Of a stretch of 64,000 bases of DNA, positions 17,079 to 26,404 are shown piece after piece; the stretch's first letter is position 1; each line of letters begins with the position of its first letter. The stretch is taken from positions 1 through 64,000 of the IMG/VR virus record IMGVR_UViG_2882178878_000003; one strand, written 5' to 3'. The translations under genes and the position numbers were made by a program. This DNA is from a virus (Duplodnaviria > Caudoviricetes). The notes below the pieces were generated by a model that was not told the DNA's origin, did not search any database, and saw only the letters and a program-made list of their open reading frames with translations.

Positions 17079-19772
17079 ATGTACTCAGAAACATTAAATG
17101 ATGCACTCGTGCGGCTGGATCGTGACTTCCAGTTTAAAAGGAAAAGTGCCACTCATTTACGTGGTGGCATTTGCCCCAGCTGTCATAAAAAAGAATTATG
17201 GACCCATGCCCAGGCGCCGTGGGTGCTGTTCTGCCCACGGACTAACCATTGTGGTGAACAGTTTTACCTACGTGATTTATATCCCGATCTGTTTGAGAAT
17301 TGGGAAAAACGCTTTAAGCCATCTCAGGAAAATCCGACCGCAACGGTTGATGCTTACCTGTGCGAAGGTAGGGGATTTCCCCTTGATAAGCTAAAAGGCT
17401 TATATACCCAGGAATACTATAAAAACTCTGAACTAAACGTCGGTTCAGTCACTATCCGCTTTCCGATTACAGATGAAGCTGGCAATGAAGGCTGGTGGCA
17501 GCGCATTCTGGACGATAAAGGTGTACTGCAGAAAACCACATTCAAATGGCAGTGGTCATCTAGTGGCCACGCCTGGCTAACACCCAACACCAATTATTTA
17601 GACAGCAAGGAAATCTGGATCACCGAAGGGATTTTTGACACCATCGCCCTATGGCTGTCCGGCATTACCAGCTTTTCTGCACTATCCAGTAATAATTATC
17701 CCTCTATTTTCCTGGAACAGATTGTCACCAAATGCCGGGCAGCCAATAAGACCCTACCGACACTGGTATGGGCATTTGACGCAGATCCATCTGGCAAAGC
17801 CGGTATTGAAAAAAACATCAGGAAGGCCACTGAAGCTGGTTTTACCTGCGTGGCAGCCCAGCCCCCAGCTGGCCGGACTAAAACAGATTGGAATGATCTA
17901 TACAAAGCCGGAAAACTTGGCTTCCACGATCTGGAAAACTACCGTTATTACGGTGATTTACTCACTGCCCAAAAGCCGGTTGAAAAAGCCCTGCTGATCT
18001 ATAAACGGCATGGCAATAACAGTTTTCCCTTTGATTTTATGAACCAGCTTTACTGGTTCAAGCTGGACATGGATAAGTACAACGATGCTTTAAAACTGGC
18101 AGATCTGGACAATGAAGACTGGCTGGAAGCCGAGAAGGAAGAAGCAGAGCTGGAAGCGCGCGACAATGCGTTAAAAAATAGCAATACCGTGACCAAGATT
18201 GTCAACTGTAAGCCTACAGCCCTGTATTACCAGTACAGCGACGAAACCGACGAAGCATGGTATTTCTTTAATATTGATTTTCCACGTAATGCACCAGCTG
18301 TACAAAACACCTTTACCGGTTCCCAGCTGGCGGCCGCATCAGAGTTTAAAAAACGCCTGTTGGCCATCGCTCCTGGCGTGGTGTACACCGGGTCAGGTGG
18401 CCAGCTGGATAAATTGCTGGAACACTGGATTACCGATATTAAGCGCGTTCAGCTCATTAATTATGTGGGCTATCACAATGAGCTAAAAACCTATGTGCTG
18501 GGTGATATTGCATACCAGAATGGAAAACAGTTCAAAATCAATAATGAGCAATATTTTGAATTACCGCGCAAGATCAATTTAAAAAGCCGTGCACCATTCC
18601 AGTTAAGTATTAACACCCAGCTGGCAGATTATAAAAAAGCCTGGGTAAATGACTTTATTGGCGCATTCCAGGTAAAAGGCCTACTGGCATTGACTGCATT
18701 TTTTGGCAGCCTGTATGCCCAGCAGATCCGCCATATGCACAAGTCTTTTCCATTCGTTGAAATTGTCGGTGAACCTGGTACGGGTAAAACCACATTGATC
18801 CAGTTCCTATGGAAACTGTTTGGCCGGGCCAACTATGAAGGCCTGGATCCTAACAAAACCAGTAAGGCCGGTTTAACACGTACCTTTCGGCAAGTATCCA
18901 ATTTGCCAGTGTTACTAATTGAATCTGATCGCCAGGGCGAGAACGCTTCACGCCAGTTCAACTGGGACACCATTAAAACCCTCTATGACGGTGGTTCGCT
19001 TGGTGCACAGGGCGTAAAAAATGGCGGCAATGAAACCTATGAGCCACCCTTCATGGGCACAGTCATTATCAGCCAGAATGCTGAAGTATTGGCATCTGAA
19101 GCGGTGATGGGCCGTATCGTTCATGTTGGGTTTAAGAAGGATCAACTAACCAAGGAAACCCTGGTTGCTTCACGTCGCTTATCAAAATACGAGCTGGAAG
19201 ATGTGAGCCAGTTTATTCTGGAATGTCTGCAAAAAGAAAAGGAAGTGCTGCATACCTACAGCCTGCAGCTAAACCATTATGACAGCCAGCTGCACCAGGA
19301 AAGCTTAAATATTCAGTCTAGCCGGGTAGTGCATAACCATGCCCAGCTGATGGCCCTGTTTGATGCCATGTGCCAGCACCTTATCACTGTGCCTGCAGAG
19401 ATCCAGGATCAGGTTAGGGGCGAGCTGGTGAATATGGCCATTAGCCGTGACAAGGTGCTTAAGTCCGATTCCGTCATTGTTCAAAACTTCTGGGACACCT
19501 TCGAGCAAATCGAAGGGCATAAGTCACTTACTGAAGAATCAGTGGTGAATCATCATTCCAAATCCACCCTGATCGCCATCAACTTTCCCCAGTTGTACAA
19601 GGTCGCTTCAGATCTGCACTACCAGCTGCCGCCAATGCAGGAATTACAGGATGCCCTGCGGCACAGCCAGCATTACCGCTTTATTGAAACTAACCGGATG
19701 GTGTCAAGTCGCATCACTCGCAAATCAACCCGCTGCTGGATTTTTGAAAAGCCAGTGGCCAACAGGGATTAA
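17079..19772 (+). CDS. Zn-finger/TOPRIM primase fused to P-loop helicase-like ATPase (replication protein)
   Basis: CPSC...CPRTNHC zinc finger, WITEGIFD and FDAD TOPRIM motifs, Walker A GEPGTGKT; ATG 17079 preferred over TTG 17067. Confidence 0.92.
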   Translation: MYSETLNDALVRLDRDFQFKRKSATHLRGGICPSCHKKELWTHAQAPWVLFCPRTNHCGEQFYLRDLYPDLFENWEKRFKPSQENPTATVDAYLCEGRGFPLDKLKGLYTQEYYKNSELNVGSVTIRFPITDEAGNEGWWQRILDDKGVLQKTTFKWQWSSSGHAWLTPNTNYLDSKEIWITEGIFDTIALWLSGITSFSALSSNNYPSIFLEQIVTKCRAANKTLPTLVWAFDADPSGKAGIEKNIRKATEAGFTCVAAQPPAGRTKTDWNDLYKAGKLGFHDLENYRYYGDLLTAQKPVEKALLIYKRHGNNSFPFDFMNQLYWFKLDMDKYNDALKLADLDNEDWLEAEKEEAELEARDNALKNSNTVTKIVNCKPTALYYQYSDETDEAWYFFNIDFPRNAPAVQNTFTGSQLAAASEFKKRLLAIAPGVVYTGSGGQLDKLLEHWITDIKRVQLINYVGYHNELKTYVLGDIAYQNGKQFKINNEQYFELPRKINLKSRAPFQLSINTQLADYKKAWVNDFIGAFQVKGLLALTAFFGSLYAQQIRHMHKSFPFVEIVGEPGTGKTTLIQFLWKLFGRANYEGLDPNKTSKAGLTRTFRQVSNLPVLLIESDRQGENASRQFNWDTIKTLYDGGSLGAQGVKNGGNETYEPPFMGTVIISQNAEVLASEAVMGRIVHVGFKKDQLTKETLVASRRLSKYELEDVSQFILECLQKEKEVLHTYSLQLNHYDSQLHQESLNIQSSRVVHNHAQLMALFDAMCQHLITVPAEIQDQVRGELVNMAISRDKVLKSDSVIVQNFWDTFEQIEGHKSLTEESVVNHHSKSTLIAINFPQLYKVASDLHYQLPPMQELQDALRHSQHYRFIETNRMVSSRITRKSTRCWIFEKPVANRD

Positions 19773-19794
19773 TTCCCATTTTTAGGAGGGATAA

Positions 19795-20106
19795 ATGACT
19801 GAAATGAATTTGGATGATAGTCCTTACTTTACTCAGTTAAAGGCTGAAAAAGCCTTATTTACTATTCCAAAACTGGAAGGCAATCAGCTGTTCTATTGCA
19901 CCCAGTGTGGCAATTGCACGCAAGCCCATTTCTATAAGCACGTGTATTCACAGAGCATCAATATGGAAACAGGCGAGGGTTCAGAGCTATTTGAGCATTT
20001 TTATGTGTCCCAGTGCTGCCTTGCAGATCTGGCCATCATGGATAACGACACATTTAAAGATATTGAAATTGATCCGATTCACTACTTACCAGTGAAAGAC
20101 CGTTAA
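19795..20106 (+). CDS. Hypothetical Cys/His-rich protein
   Basis: CTQC.NC..AH...SQCC; AGGAGG upstream. Confidence 0.65.
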   Translation: MTEMNLDDSPYFTQLKAEKALFTIPKLEGNQLFYCTQCGNCTQAHFYKHVYSQSINMETGEGSELFEHFYVSQCCLADLAIMDNDTFKDIEIDPIHYLPVKDR

Positions 20107-20193
20107 ACCAGGCACACAGACAGAAGCGGCCACTTCTGCCTGTGTCACATTCACGTTGGAGACGCAAATGCAAAACGATTCTACAGGTGTACC

Positions 20194-20451
20194 ATGATTG
20201 AAGCTAGCACAGTTGAACTTCAGGCATACGCTAAAGCCATGCTGTATGAACTGGAAATGTCCGAGCAACAGCGACTGAAGCAAAAAGTCATACCACCCTG
20301 GATCAGCGTTAAGCGGCTATATGCCCGAATTGAACAGGGTTTGCAATGTAATAGGGACGAAGTAGCAAGCCTGCTTCTACCCTACTGGAATCAGGGATGT
20401 ATTGAACGGCGGCCAACCAATCGATATATCCGGCTAATCCGGTATCCCTAG
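20194..20451 (+). CDS. Hypothetical protein upstream of integrase (possible wHTH)
   Basis: 85 aa; position only. Confidence 0.5.
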   Translation: MIEASTVELQAYAKAMLYELEMSEQQRLKQKVIPPWISVKRLYARIEQGLQCNRDEVASLLLPYWNQGCIERRPTNRYIRLIRYP

Positions 20452-20538
20452 TAAAACACCCAAACACACCTTTTATGCGCCTCTAAGATGAGGCGTGTTT
20501 TTTTAAAATTAAGCAAATTAAACACATTCAGGAATATT

Positions 20539-21696
20539 ATGTCAGCAGGTTTAGAAGTTCGTGGTAATAGCATCCGTATCTGGATGAAGCCCGAAGGTTC
20601 CGAGCAAATTAAAGAAACCCTGGACTGGACGGCCACGCCAGAGAATATTGATAAGGCCCGGAAATTATCAGAACTCATTAAACTGGAAATTGAGCTTGGC
20701 CAATTCAGCCTGGCCAAGCATTTTCCCAACTCCAAGCATATCCAGAAAAACCAGATCAGCTATTTTGCAAAAATCTGGCAGGAAGCCATCATCAAGGAAG
20801 TTTCACCCAGTACCTTTGATGCCTATAAAAGCCAGTTGCACACGCACGTTATACCGCGTTGGGGTAAAATTCACCCCAAAGATATTGACACCAATAGTGT
20901 TAAAAAATGGGTTTTTGAATTAAAACAGACCCTTAATGCCAAAACAGTACGTGAGGTTGTTACACGCCTGGCATCAATTCATAGTATCTGGCGTAATGAA
21001 CAAAAAATTGCCTATAACCCTTTTGAAACCATCACTATCCAGCAGCTGGACACACCGGAGCCAGATCCGTTTACCAAGGCAGAAATTAATACAATCCTGG
21101 ATACACAGACGGATCTGGATATTGAAAACCTGTTGCCTTGCTTATTCTGGACAGGCCTATCGATCTCTGAACAAATTCCCATTGCCTGGGAAGATATTGA
21201 CCTGGATAAAGGTACTATCCAGATCAGCCGGTCATATGTCAAAGGAATTTTTCGTGTCACCAAAAACCGTCGCCGGAACCGTGAAATTAAGTTGCTGCAG
21301 CCAGCACTGGAAGCCTTAAAAAAACAGTACCAATTGACCGGCAACCGTAAAGGCCATACTGTCCGCATACTGCAGCGTGACAACCAGACCTATAAAACAG
21401 AAAGAATCCGGTTTGTCTGGCTCAACTTTGAACAGGCTACCAATTTTGAATATCACGAATTACGCTACCGCTGGAATAAGCACTTACGCAAGGCAAAAGT
21501 AAGAATGCGGGGAATTAACCAAGGCAGGCATACATTTGCCAGCCAACTGCTCACCAGTGGCCGTGTACCGCCAGAATGGATTGCTGACCAGCTTGGCCAT
21601 AGCGATACCAGCATGATCTATAAGCACTATGGCAAACTCATTGCTGAAGATGCACCAGACTACCTAAGCCAGATCAATAGCTATATCAGCACGTAA
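20539..21696 (+). CDS. int: Prophage 1 tyrosine integrase with N-terminal arm-binding domain
   Basis: MSAGLEVRGNSIRIW arm domain; GRHTFASQLL...IADQLGH...IYKHY; ATG 20539 preferred. Confidence 0.92.
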   Translation: MSAGLEVRGNSIRIWMKPEGSEQIKETLDWTATPENIDKARKLSELIKLEIELGQFSLAKHFPNSKHIQKNQISYFAKIWQEAIIKEVSPSTFDAYKSQLHTHVIPRWGKIHPKDIDTNSVKKWVFELKQTLNAKTVREVVTRLASIHSIWRNEQKIAYNPFETITIQQLDTPEPDPFTKAEINTILDTQTDLDIENLLPCLFWTGLSISEQIPIAWEDIDLDKGTIQISRSYVKGIFRVTKNRRRNREIKLLQPALEALKKQYQLTGNRKGHTVRILQRDNQTYKTERIRFVWLNFEQATNFEYHELRYRWNKHLRKAKVRMRGINQGRHTFASQLLTSGRVPPEWIADQLGHSDTSMIYKHYGKLIAEDAPDYLSQINSYIST

Positions 21697-21723
21697 AATT
21701 TTAGTTCTTACTCGCAGCGGATT

Positions 21724-21752
21724 AAATGCCTGATTTATTCAGGCATTTTTTT
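21724..21752 (+). terminator. Intrinsic terminator after integrase 1
   Basis: AAATGCCTGA/TCAGGCATTT stem plus T run. Confidence 0.8.
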
Positions 21753-21950
21753 GCTTATTTACTTTCTATCTGATTATGGCCATGCAGCCAATTTTATAAA
21801 AAACCATATCTGGCCACTTTATTCCGGTGCACAAATTTATCACCGGCCGCTTAAGCATCAACAATATCAAGTAAATTCCCATATTAAGGCAATAGCCTAC
21901 ATGCACATTACTTAAATCATTAAATCATATGTGGTTTTGGTCTTTGTTAT

Positions 21951-21979
21951 CATGGGTTCGAGTCCCATTAGCCACCCCA
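21951..21979 (+). tRNA. 3' fragment of tRNA-His (T arm, acceptor 3' strand, CCA); probable att core, not a complete gene
   Basis: ATGGGTTCGAGTCCCATTAGCCACCCCA matches the 3' end of gammaproteobacterial tRNA-His; no 5' half upstream. Confidence 0.8.
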
Positions 21980-21986
21980 TTTTATA

Positions 21987-22079
21987 TTCCGTAATAGTCC
22001 GCCAAAGTCCGTAAAAGCCTTGAAAATAAAGGCGTTCATAAAATTAATCTTCCGTTATCTTCCGTCGAAGTCCGCTGGC
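21987..22079. repeat. Two triplets of 10-bp-period TCCG repeats, probable integrase arm-type sites
   Basis: (T/G)TCCG at 21987, 21997, 22007 and at 22050, 22060, 22070. Confidence 0.6.
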
Positions 22080-22157
22080 TTCCATTGGTTTTTGTAGTAC
22101 CTGTTGTAGCATTTTATTCACCAAAATTTTGGTGCTAAATAAAAGGTGCTACATAAA

Positions 22158-23372
22158 ATGCCAAAGATCGTTAAACCCTTATCTGACGCGGAAATCAGGC
22201 GAGCCAAGCCTAAGGATAAAGACTATAAACTACCTGATGGCATGGGCTTATCTGTGCTGGTGGATACCAAGGGTAATAAATACTGGCGCTTTAACTATCC
22301 TAAACCTTATACCAAGAAACGCAGCACGTTAGGCTGGGGCAGCTATCCAGATGTCACTTTAGCCGATGCACGCGAAAAGCGCGAAATTGCCCTGAAGCTA
22401 TTAGAGCAAAATATTGATCCGGTGGACTATAAAAAAACTGAAGCTGATAGTAATTCAGAGCTGGCCAAAAATACATTTAAACATATTGCCCTGGAGTGGC
22501 TGGATCGGCAGGATAATTATGCAGATGCTACCCGTGCCAAAAGTATATATCTTCTTGAATGTGCTTTTGCGCTGATCGGTGATAAGCCTATAGCCAAAAT
22601 TACGCCTTTAGAAGTTCTAAGCGTATGCCGGGTTGAAGAACAAAAGGGCCTGCTAGAAAAAGCTTCAAAAATTAAATCAAAGTGCGCCCAGGTATTCCGG
22701 TATGCCGTGGCCACTGGCCGTTGTGAGCGAGATCCAACGGTAGACCTACGTGGTGCACTGAAAACACCTAAAACCAAGCATCACGCTGCTGTGATTGAGC
22801 CGGAACGGGTAGGTGAGCTGCTGAAGGATATTGACCAGTACAAAGGCCACATGATCACTCAGGCCGCCCTAAAAATCGCTCCATTAACATTTGTTCGCCC
22901 TGGTGAGCTTCGGTCAGCCAAATGGAGTGACATCGACCTTGATAAGAAACTGTGGACCTATACACCACGTAAAACGCAAAATTCCACCGCAGTAGATCAC
23001 ATTGTACCTTTGTCCACTCAGGCCGTGGCAGTGCTGTCTGATCTCAAAACACTAACTGGCCAAAGTGAGTATGTTTTCCCGTCCACCTTTTCCTTTCAAA
23101 AGTGTATGTCAGAGAACACAGTAAATCTGGCATTGCGCCGTATGGGTTGGTCTGGTGAGGAAATGTGTGGTCATGGATTCCGTGCAATGGCCCGGACAAT
23201 ACTGGAAGAAGTTTTGGAATACCCGATTGAAATTATTGAGCAGCAGCTGGCGCACCGGGTAAAGGATGTGCATGGCCGGGCATATAACCGAACCAAGCAC
23301 TTGGCCAAACGTACAGAAATGTTGCAGCGGTGGGCAGATTATTTAGATGAATTAAAGCAGAAATCAATTTGA
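22158..23372 (+). CDS. int: Prophage 2 tyrosine integrase (P4-like family)
   Basis: LSDAEIRRAKPKDKDYKLPDG arm domain; FVRPGELR, HGFR, QLAH, AYNR catalytic motifs intact. Confidence 0.95.
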   Translation: MPKIVKPLSDAEIRRAKPKDKDYKLPDGMGLSVLVDTKGNKYWRFNYPKPYTKKRSTLGWGSYPDVTLADAREKREIALKLLEQNIDPVDYKKTEADSNSELAKNTFKHIALEWLDRQDNYADATRAKSIYLLECAFALIGDKPIAKITPLEVLSVCRVEEQKGLLEKASKIKSKCAQVFRYAVATGRCERDPTVDLRGALKTPKTKHHAAVIEPERVGELLKDIDQYKGHMITQAALKIAPLTFVRPGELRSAKWSDIDLDKKLWTYTPRKTQNSTAVDHIVPLSTQAVAVLSDLKTLTGQSEYVFPSTFSFQKCMSENTVNLALRRMGWSGEEMCGHGFRAMARTILEEVLEYPIEIIEQQLAHRVKDVHGRAYNRTKHLAKRTEMLQRWADYLDELKQKSI

Positions 23373-23591
23373 TTTCTGCTTGATGTCAGGTTCTGGGTGT
23401 TCAGCATTTTTAATCTGCTTTTCCTGCCATGCAGTAATATCGGATTCTAGCCAGCCTACTGCACGGCCACCCAGCTGGTAATTTTTTGGAAAATCGCCAG
23501 TTTCCATATCATCATAAATTTTTGATTTCTTGATGCCACAGCGTTCAATGACATCAGGCAACCTCAGGTATTTAAGCGCTACCGCTCCCAT
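23364..23591 (-). CDS. alpA: AlpA-family excisionase/regulator
   Basis: YLRLPDVIERCGIKKSKIY...FPK..QLGGRAVGWLESDI. Confidence 0.92.
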   Translation of the reverse strand: MGAVALKYLRLPDVIERCGIKKSKIYDDMETGDFPKNYQLGGRAVGWLESDITAWQEKQIKNAEHPEPDIKQKSN

Positions 23592-23655
23592 ATTATTTAC
23601 CTCCTAATCACATCCTATTTTGGCAAAGGATGCCCCGCCGTAGCAGGGCGGGTTA

Positions 23656-24813
23656 TTAAGCATTTAATTCATTCAGGCGCTTGTCGTAAACATCCCACAT
23701 AGCCTGCTGGATGGCCGGGTCTAAAAACTCAATTTCAGTAGATAGTTCGCCCAGCACATCAGAGTCGTTACAAGCTTCCATACGAGCCTTTAACGATAGT
23801 TTTTCAGTAGTGGTAGGTTGTGCAGCAGCGTTCATCAGTTCGCTGGTGCGCTTTTCCCGTGCGCTCACGATAGTTTCAATGTCACTATCATTTAGTCCAT
23901 TCGTGTAACGCTGTATCATTCTGACATCAGCCGCACTATTTGCCCTGGCGATTGATTCCAGCAGTTTTGCTACGCGCTCAGGATCACCCGCCGCTTGCGC
24001 CTGTTCTGGTTCATCGTCAAACATTCCAGCAGGCTCTGGCTTGGGTTCTGGTGTGGCCTTGGCGGTTTTGGCAGGCTTAGTTTTTTCAGGTGCTGGTTCT
24101 GCAGCAGATTCCACAACAACGGTTTCAGGCTTTGCGGTACGTGCTGGGCGTGAGTTGCGGATGTTATCAACAGTTTTTTCTACTTTTTCCACAAGCTGCT
24201 CGGACTGTGGTGTCACATCAACCAGATGTGTGTCCTGCACTTCCTCGGCAGTATGCAAGCCCATAGCCAACTCAGGCGCATAGGCACGCACCAGCCAGCT
24301 TGCAGCGCGATACATCAGCATTTGCTGTGGCATAGTTTTCCACTTGCTACCGCCTTTGCCATACCAGCCTTCAGCCTTGGCTAATGCAATAGTAATGTCA
24401 CTGCCTGTAATTTTCTCACCCGTTGCAATCTCAGTAGCGTAGGCACGGCAGCCCCAAGTGTCGGTACCCTGTTCACCAAAAAATTCATAACGCAGGGCAG
24501 AGAAGCGGCCGCAGGCGTTAAAGGTGGCAATTAAGAACTGGCTGGACCAGGTAGGGCGATTATGCACAATCACAAGGTTTTGCATCACCATCAGCGGATC
24601 GGCGCCGATGCGGCAGGCCATGTTTAAAGCGACTACGCAATTGGCAACATTGCCCTGGTATTCTTTTGGCACCAGACCAGAGCTAGCCAGCAGTTTTCCG
24701 GCACGCTGGGCCAGATCAAAGCTGTCACTGTTGGTCATACCAACTTGAGTATTACGTGGAGCAACAGCACGATTGGCGCGGATTTCTTCGGTTGTCATTA
24801 CTTGTGCGGTCAT
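23656..24813 (-). CDS. RecT-like single-strand annealing protein with long C-terminal tail
   Basis: LVPKEYQGNVANCVVAL...DPLMVMQNL...W..MPQQMLMYRAASWLVRAYAPE; adjacent to exonuclease. Confidence 0.8.
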   Translation of the reverse strand: MTAQVMTTEEIRANRAVAPRNTQVGMTNSDSFDLAQRAGKLLASSGLVPKEYQGNVANCVVALNMACRIGADPLMVMQNLVIVHNRPTWSSQFLIATFNACGRFSALRYEFFGEQGTDTWGCRAYATEIATGEKITGSDITIALAKAEGWYGKGGSKWKTMPQQMLMYRAASWLVRAYAPELAMGLHTAEEVQDTHLVDVTPQSEQLVEKVEKTVDNIRNSRPARTAKPETVVVESAAEPAPEKTKPAKTAKATPEPKPEPAGMFDDEPEQAQAAGDPERVAKLLESIARANSAADVRMIQRYTNGLNDSDIETIVSAREKRTSELMNAAAQPTTTEKLSLKARMEACNDSDVLGELSTEIEFLDPAIQQAMWDVYDKRLNELNA

Positions 24814-24826
24814 GATTTCTTATTCC

Positions 24827-25627
24827 TTATTTGCGAAATGGGCAAGTTTGATGCGCAGGGCAAAACTTTGCACTGCACAGGGTTGATTTTGGGTTGCCGT
24901 AGAACAGGCCATTTTTGAGGATCTGGCCAGCGTGATGCAGTAGACCATGACGGTCATCAGAGCCTAGGAGCGCGTCCATCGGGTCGGGAATTTCACCCAC
25001 ACCTGCATGTTGTCCTTTGGCAGTTTTGCCTGTGGTTAGGCCATAGATACGGGCAGGGGCAAGCAATTGCTCATTTAAGGCATGTTCGGCGAGCAAGGTA
25101 TAAACACCCATTTGTACGCCATGGCCAGCCGTTTTAACCGTACCATCAGCAGAGCAAGCTGTTTTGCCTGTCTTAATGTCGCCAATACCCAGTTGCCCGT
25201 TGTCGTGCTGATAAATGCGGTCAATAGTTCCAGTTAAGGTAATACCAATATCAGCCAGCGTTAGCGCCTCGGCCCTCACCTCAACACCGATATAGTGCTG
25301 AGTGCCTGCAATATCGCTGATGTACTTGCGGATCAGGGCGCGGCCTGTGGTTTCTGCGGTTTGCTGGTCGGTGTCCGTCCAGTCCACATCCTCATTCGGG
25401 TTCCAGATGGCATCTACCAGCACGGTGTCACAGTCGTCCAGTGAAACTGTGGTTTCATTCATTACTGCATAGTCATGCAGCGTAGTGGCTTCGTGAATTG
25501 CAGTGCCCATACGGCCAGCACCACCAATGGGCAAACGGCGGCCCAGTACGTTTTTGGTTTCCCAGCGTGCCGGGCAGTCAAATAGCTCACTAAGGGAACT
25601 TGCGCGGATAGAAAATGGTGCGTTCAT
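24827..25627 (-). CDS. PD-(D/E)xK exonuclease of RecB/Cas4-like type
   Basis: FDCPARW, GTAIH, GTIDRI, GDIKTG, QMGVY and C-terminal C-x3-C-x5-C. Confidence 0.85.
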   Translation of the reverse strand: MNAPFSIRASSLSELFDCPARWETKNVLGRRLPIGGAGRMGTAIHEATTLHDYAVMNETTVSLDDCDTVLVDAIWNPNEDVDWTDTDQQTAETTGRALIRKYISDIAGTQHYIGVEVRAEALTLADIGITLTGTIDRIYQHDNGQLGIGDIKTGKTACSADGTVKTAGHGVQMGVYTLLAEHALNEQLLAPARIYGLTTGKTAKGQHAGVGEIPDPMDALLGSDDRHGLLHHAGQILKNGLFYGNPKSTLCSAKFCPAHQTCPFRK

Positions 25628-25944
25628 CAGTGTTCATCCTCCCACTGAAGAAATTCAGCCTCGCTAACTTCTTCACCATTAACGAAAAACTTGTCTGCTA
25701 GATGCGCGCCCTCGTTACTGCTTTCTAACGCATCAACCTCAGTAGCTGCCTCATCAGATAGTCGCTCAGTAACGTCAACCATCTGTTGCAGAGAGATAGT
25801 TTGAGGTTCTGGCTCATCTTTATCTGGTGATTGAAATTGCACTTTGATATCAGAAATATCAATGCCATTGCCTTCAAGGACTTTCGCTAGACTGCCAATG
25901 GTCATTTGTGAAAATGACAAATATGCTTTGATCTTTTCCATCAT
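25627..25944 (-). CDS. Hypothetical acidic protein
   Basis: ATG 25944 overlaps the upstream stop; inside the 25627-26034 ORF. Confidence 0.55.
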   Translation of the reverse strand: MMEKIKAYLSFSQMTIGSLAKVLEGNGIDISDIKVQFQSPDKDEPEPQTISLQQMVDVTERLSDEAATEVDALESSNEGAHLADKFFVNGEEVSEAEFLQWEDEH

Positions 25945-26165
25945 CACACCCCACTGGCCGAAGCAATCAGATATTGGAAAAAGCTGACGATGATAAAAAC
26001 CAACATCAGCAGACCGACAAAGCTTAAAGCCCAATCCGCAAATTTTTCACGGTGAGTTGAGTTGCCAAGCTGCGGTGTCATTTTGTCCAGCTCATTGAGG
26101 CTAGGCACTGGTGTCACAGCGGGCGCTTGCTCGCTCTTGGTGACAAATTCTTGCATTGCTGACAT
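25944..26165 (-). CDS. Small hypothetical protein with C-terminal transmembrane segment
   Basis: MSAMQEFV...WALSFVGLLMLVFIIVSFFQYLIA. Confidence 0.55.
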   Translation of the reverse strand: MSAMQEFVTKSEQAPAVTPVPSLNELDKMTPQLGNSTHREKFADWALSFVGLLMLVFIIVSFFQYLIASASGV

Positions 26166-26404
26166 AATGTTTTTACTCCAGCTGGTTGGGGTCTGGCCTC
26201 CGGTAGTTGCTGCTACGCGGGGGCTTCTTTTTGCCTTTATATTGGCTTGTTGAACTAATGTAAGATAACTTATTTTTACTGTCAAGAATATTTATAAGTT
26301 TTCTTATTTTTCTGCTATATTAAAAAAAGAAACCCAGCGCGTGGCTGGGTATAGGCAATAAAAAACCCGCACGGGGCGGGCTGGGGATGGCTTTGAGATC
26401 GCAA

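Larger units (their letters stand above)
1..21979. mobile_element. Prophage 1: P2/phiCTX-like, right portion
   Basis: FI-FII-E-T-U-D-ogr order, primase, and terminal integrase next to the tRNA fragment. Confidence 0.93.

Noticed and set aside
21900-21979. Complete tRNA-His gene
   Set aside because: Only the T arm and 3' acceptor strand match; no 5' acceptor, D arm or anticodon arm upstream.
24827-25627. cas4 / CRISPR-Cas locus
   Set aside because: Cas4-like motifs are present, but it is paired with a RecT-like gene and there is no cas1, cas2 or array.
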